Assembly (NCBI GenBank): GCA_904063045.1
Contig: CAJFCJ010000013.1
Span: 974,156-1,038,155 of the forward strand
DNA length: 64,000 nt
DNA from: Dimorphilus gyrociliatus
Lineage: Eukaryota; Animalia; Annelida
Direction of reading: 5' to 3'
The position numbers were made by a program, and so were the translations under genes. The notes below the pieces were generated by a model, which saw only the letters and a list, made by a program, of their open reading frames with translations, did not search any database and was not told the origin of the DNA. Each line of letters starts with the position of its first letter. Position 1 is the stretch's first letter. Below are positions 63,400 through 64,000 of the stretch, piece by piece.

Positions 63400-63606
63400 G
63401 GATGTGGTAGAAAACGGCCATAAATCTATGGTTTTACCCTAACCCTAACCCAGCCCTTGTTTTTACCTAACCTGTTTGAATACCCCTAACCCTTAGATGG
63501 GACCCTCCTAAGAACATATCAATAGTTATCTTATTCCTCCTAACCATTTCCCAGGCTGAAATCTAACTTTGAAATATTTCATTTATGGCCGTTTTCGACC
63601 GGTCCC
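63400..63606. mobile_element. 207-bp MITE (Mutator-like: G...C ends, 9-bp TSD) with internal CCCTAA repeats
   Basis: TSD GTATTATTT at 63391-63399 and 63607-63615. Subterminal inverted repeat GAAAACGGCCATAAAT at 63410-63425 and 63581-63596. A paralogous empty site is at 53737-53745 (reverse complement GTATTCTTT). Confidence 0.8.
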
Positions 63607-63943
63607 GTATTATTTGAGGGAACTTTTATCAACATCCTACAATATCTTTCACTTTAGTTATCAATCAGATATTACTCTTCTTCACTTCATGGAAAAGACA
63701 GAAAGAAATGTATATAATACAAATCTTTCGCTGGATTATTGTTATCGCATAGATCGATAAGTTTGAGCAAATCGAGTAAAGTGAGTAAAAGTTTGTTCAG
63801 ATATGAACGATTACCTCGATTTGGTTGATAGATATGTTTCCGTTGTTTTATTTAATGAAGATATTACTGAAATATTCATGTTTTATGAATAATTTTGATA
63901 AAGGTACATGTAGTATAAATTGTGCATAGTTAAGTAGACTATT

Positions 63944-64000
63944 GTATACGGCCATACGACGTTACAAGCACCGGTTCTCGTCCGATCACCGAAGTTAAAT
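63944..64000 (+). rRNA. 5S: 5S rRNA, canonical type, truncated by the window end
   Basis: First 57 nt identical to canonical. Confidence 0.93.

Noticed and set aside
63437-63495. Interstitial telomere or chromosome-fusion scar
   Set aside because: Only 2-3 CCCTAA units, and they lie inside a TSD-flanked MITE.
52690-64000. Repeat-spacer pattern resembling a CRISPR array or 5S-derived SINEs
   Set aside because: The repeats are complete 119-nt 5S genes with terminators, spacers are hundreds of bp long and mutually homologous, and there are no cas genes, shared SINE body or TSDs.

Overview
AT-rich eukaryotic DNA with short introns of about 50-60 nt. The 5S sequence looks lophotrochozoan, and the compactness suggests a miniaturised invertebrate genome such as a meiofaunal annelid (inference only). 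From left to right: (1) 1-8.7 kb, a large disordered-protein gene built from 19 homologous phase-1 symmetric exons, 9 of whose 21 donors read GC instead of GT, followed by a 4.7-kb repeat exon. (2) Two minus-strand Roco paralogues (LRR-Roc-COR-TIR-TIR; about 11.0-21.0 kb and 34.5-45.2 kb) that are strongly diverged except for four near-identical tracts. Between them lie decayed Tc1, BEL/Pao and RLE-LINE elements, a SEFIR gene and an orphan Suv4-20 exon. (3) A head-to-head pair of intact but apparently catalytically dead recombinase genes (Tc3-like transposase and KRBA2/SCAND3-like integrase). (4) 51.7-64 kb, a mixed-orientation 5S rDNA cluster with 11 complete canonical copies plus one cut by the window edge, 3 copies of a second 5S type with compensatory stem changes, deleted and fragmentary copies, and a MITE whose empty site is also in the window. 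All alignments and splice models were done by eye and need computational and RNA-seq confirmation.
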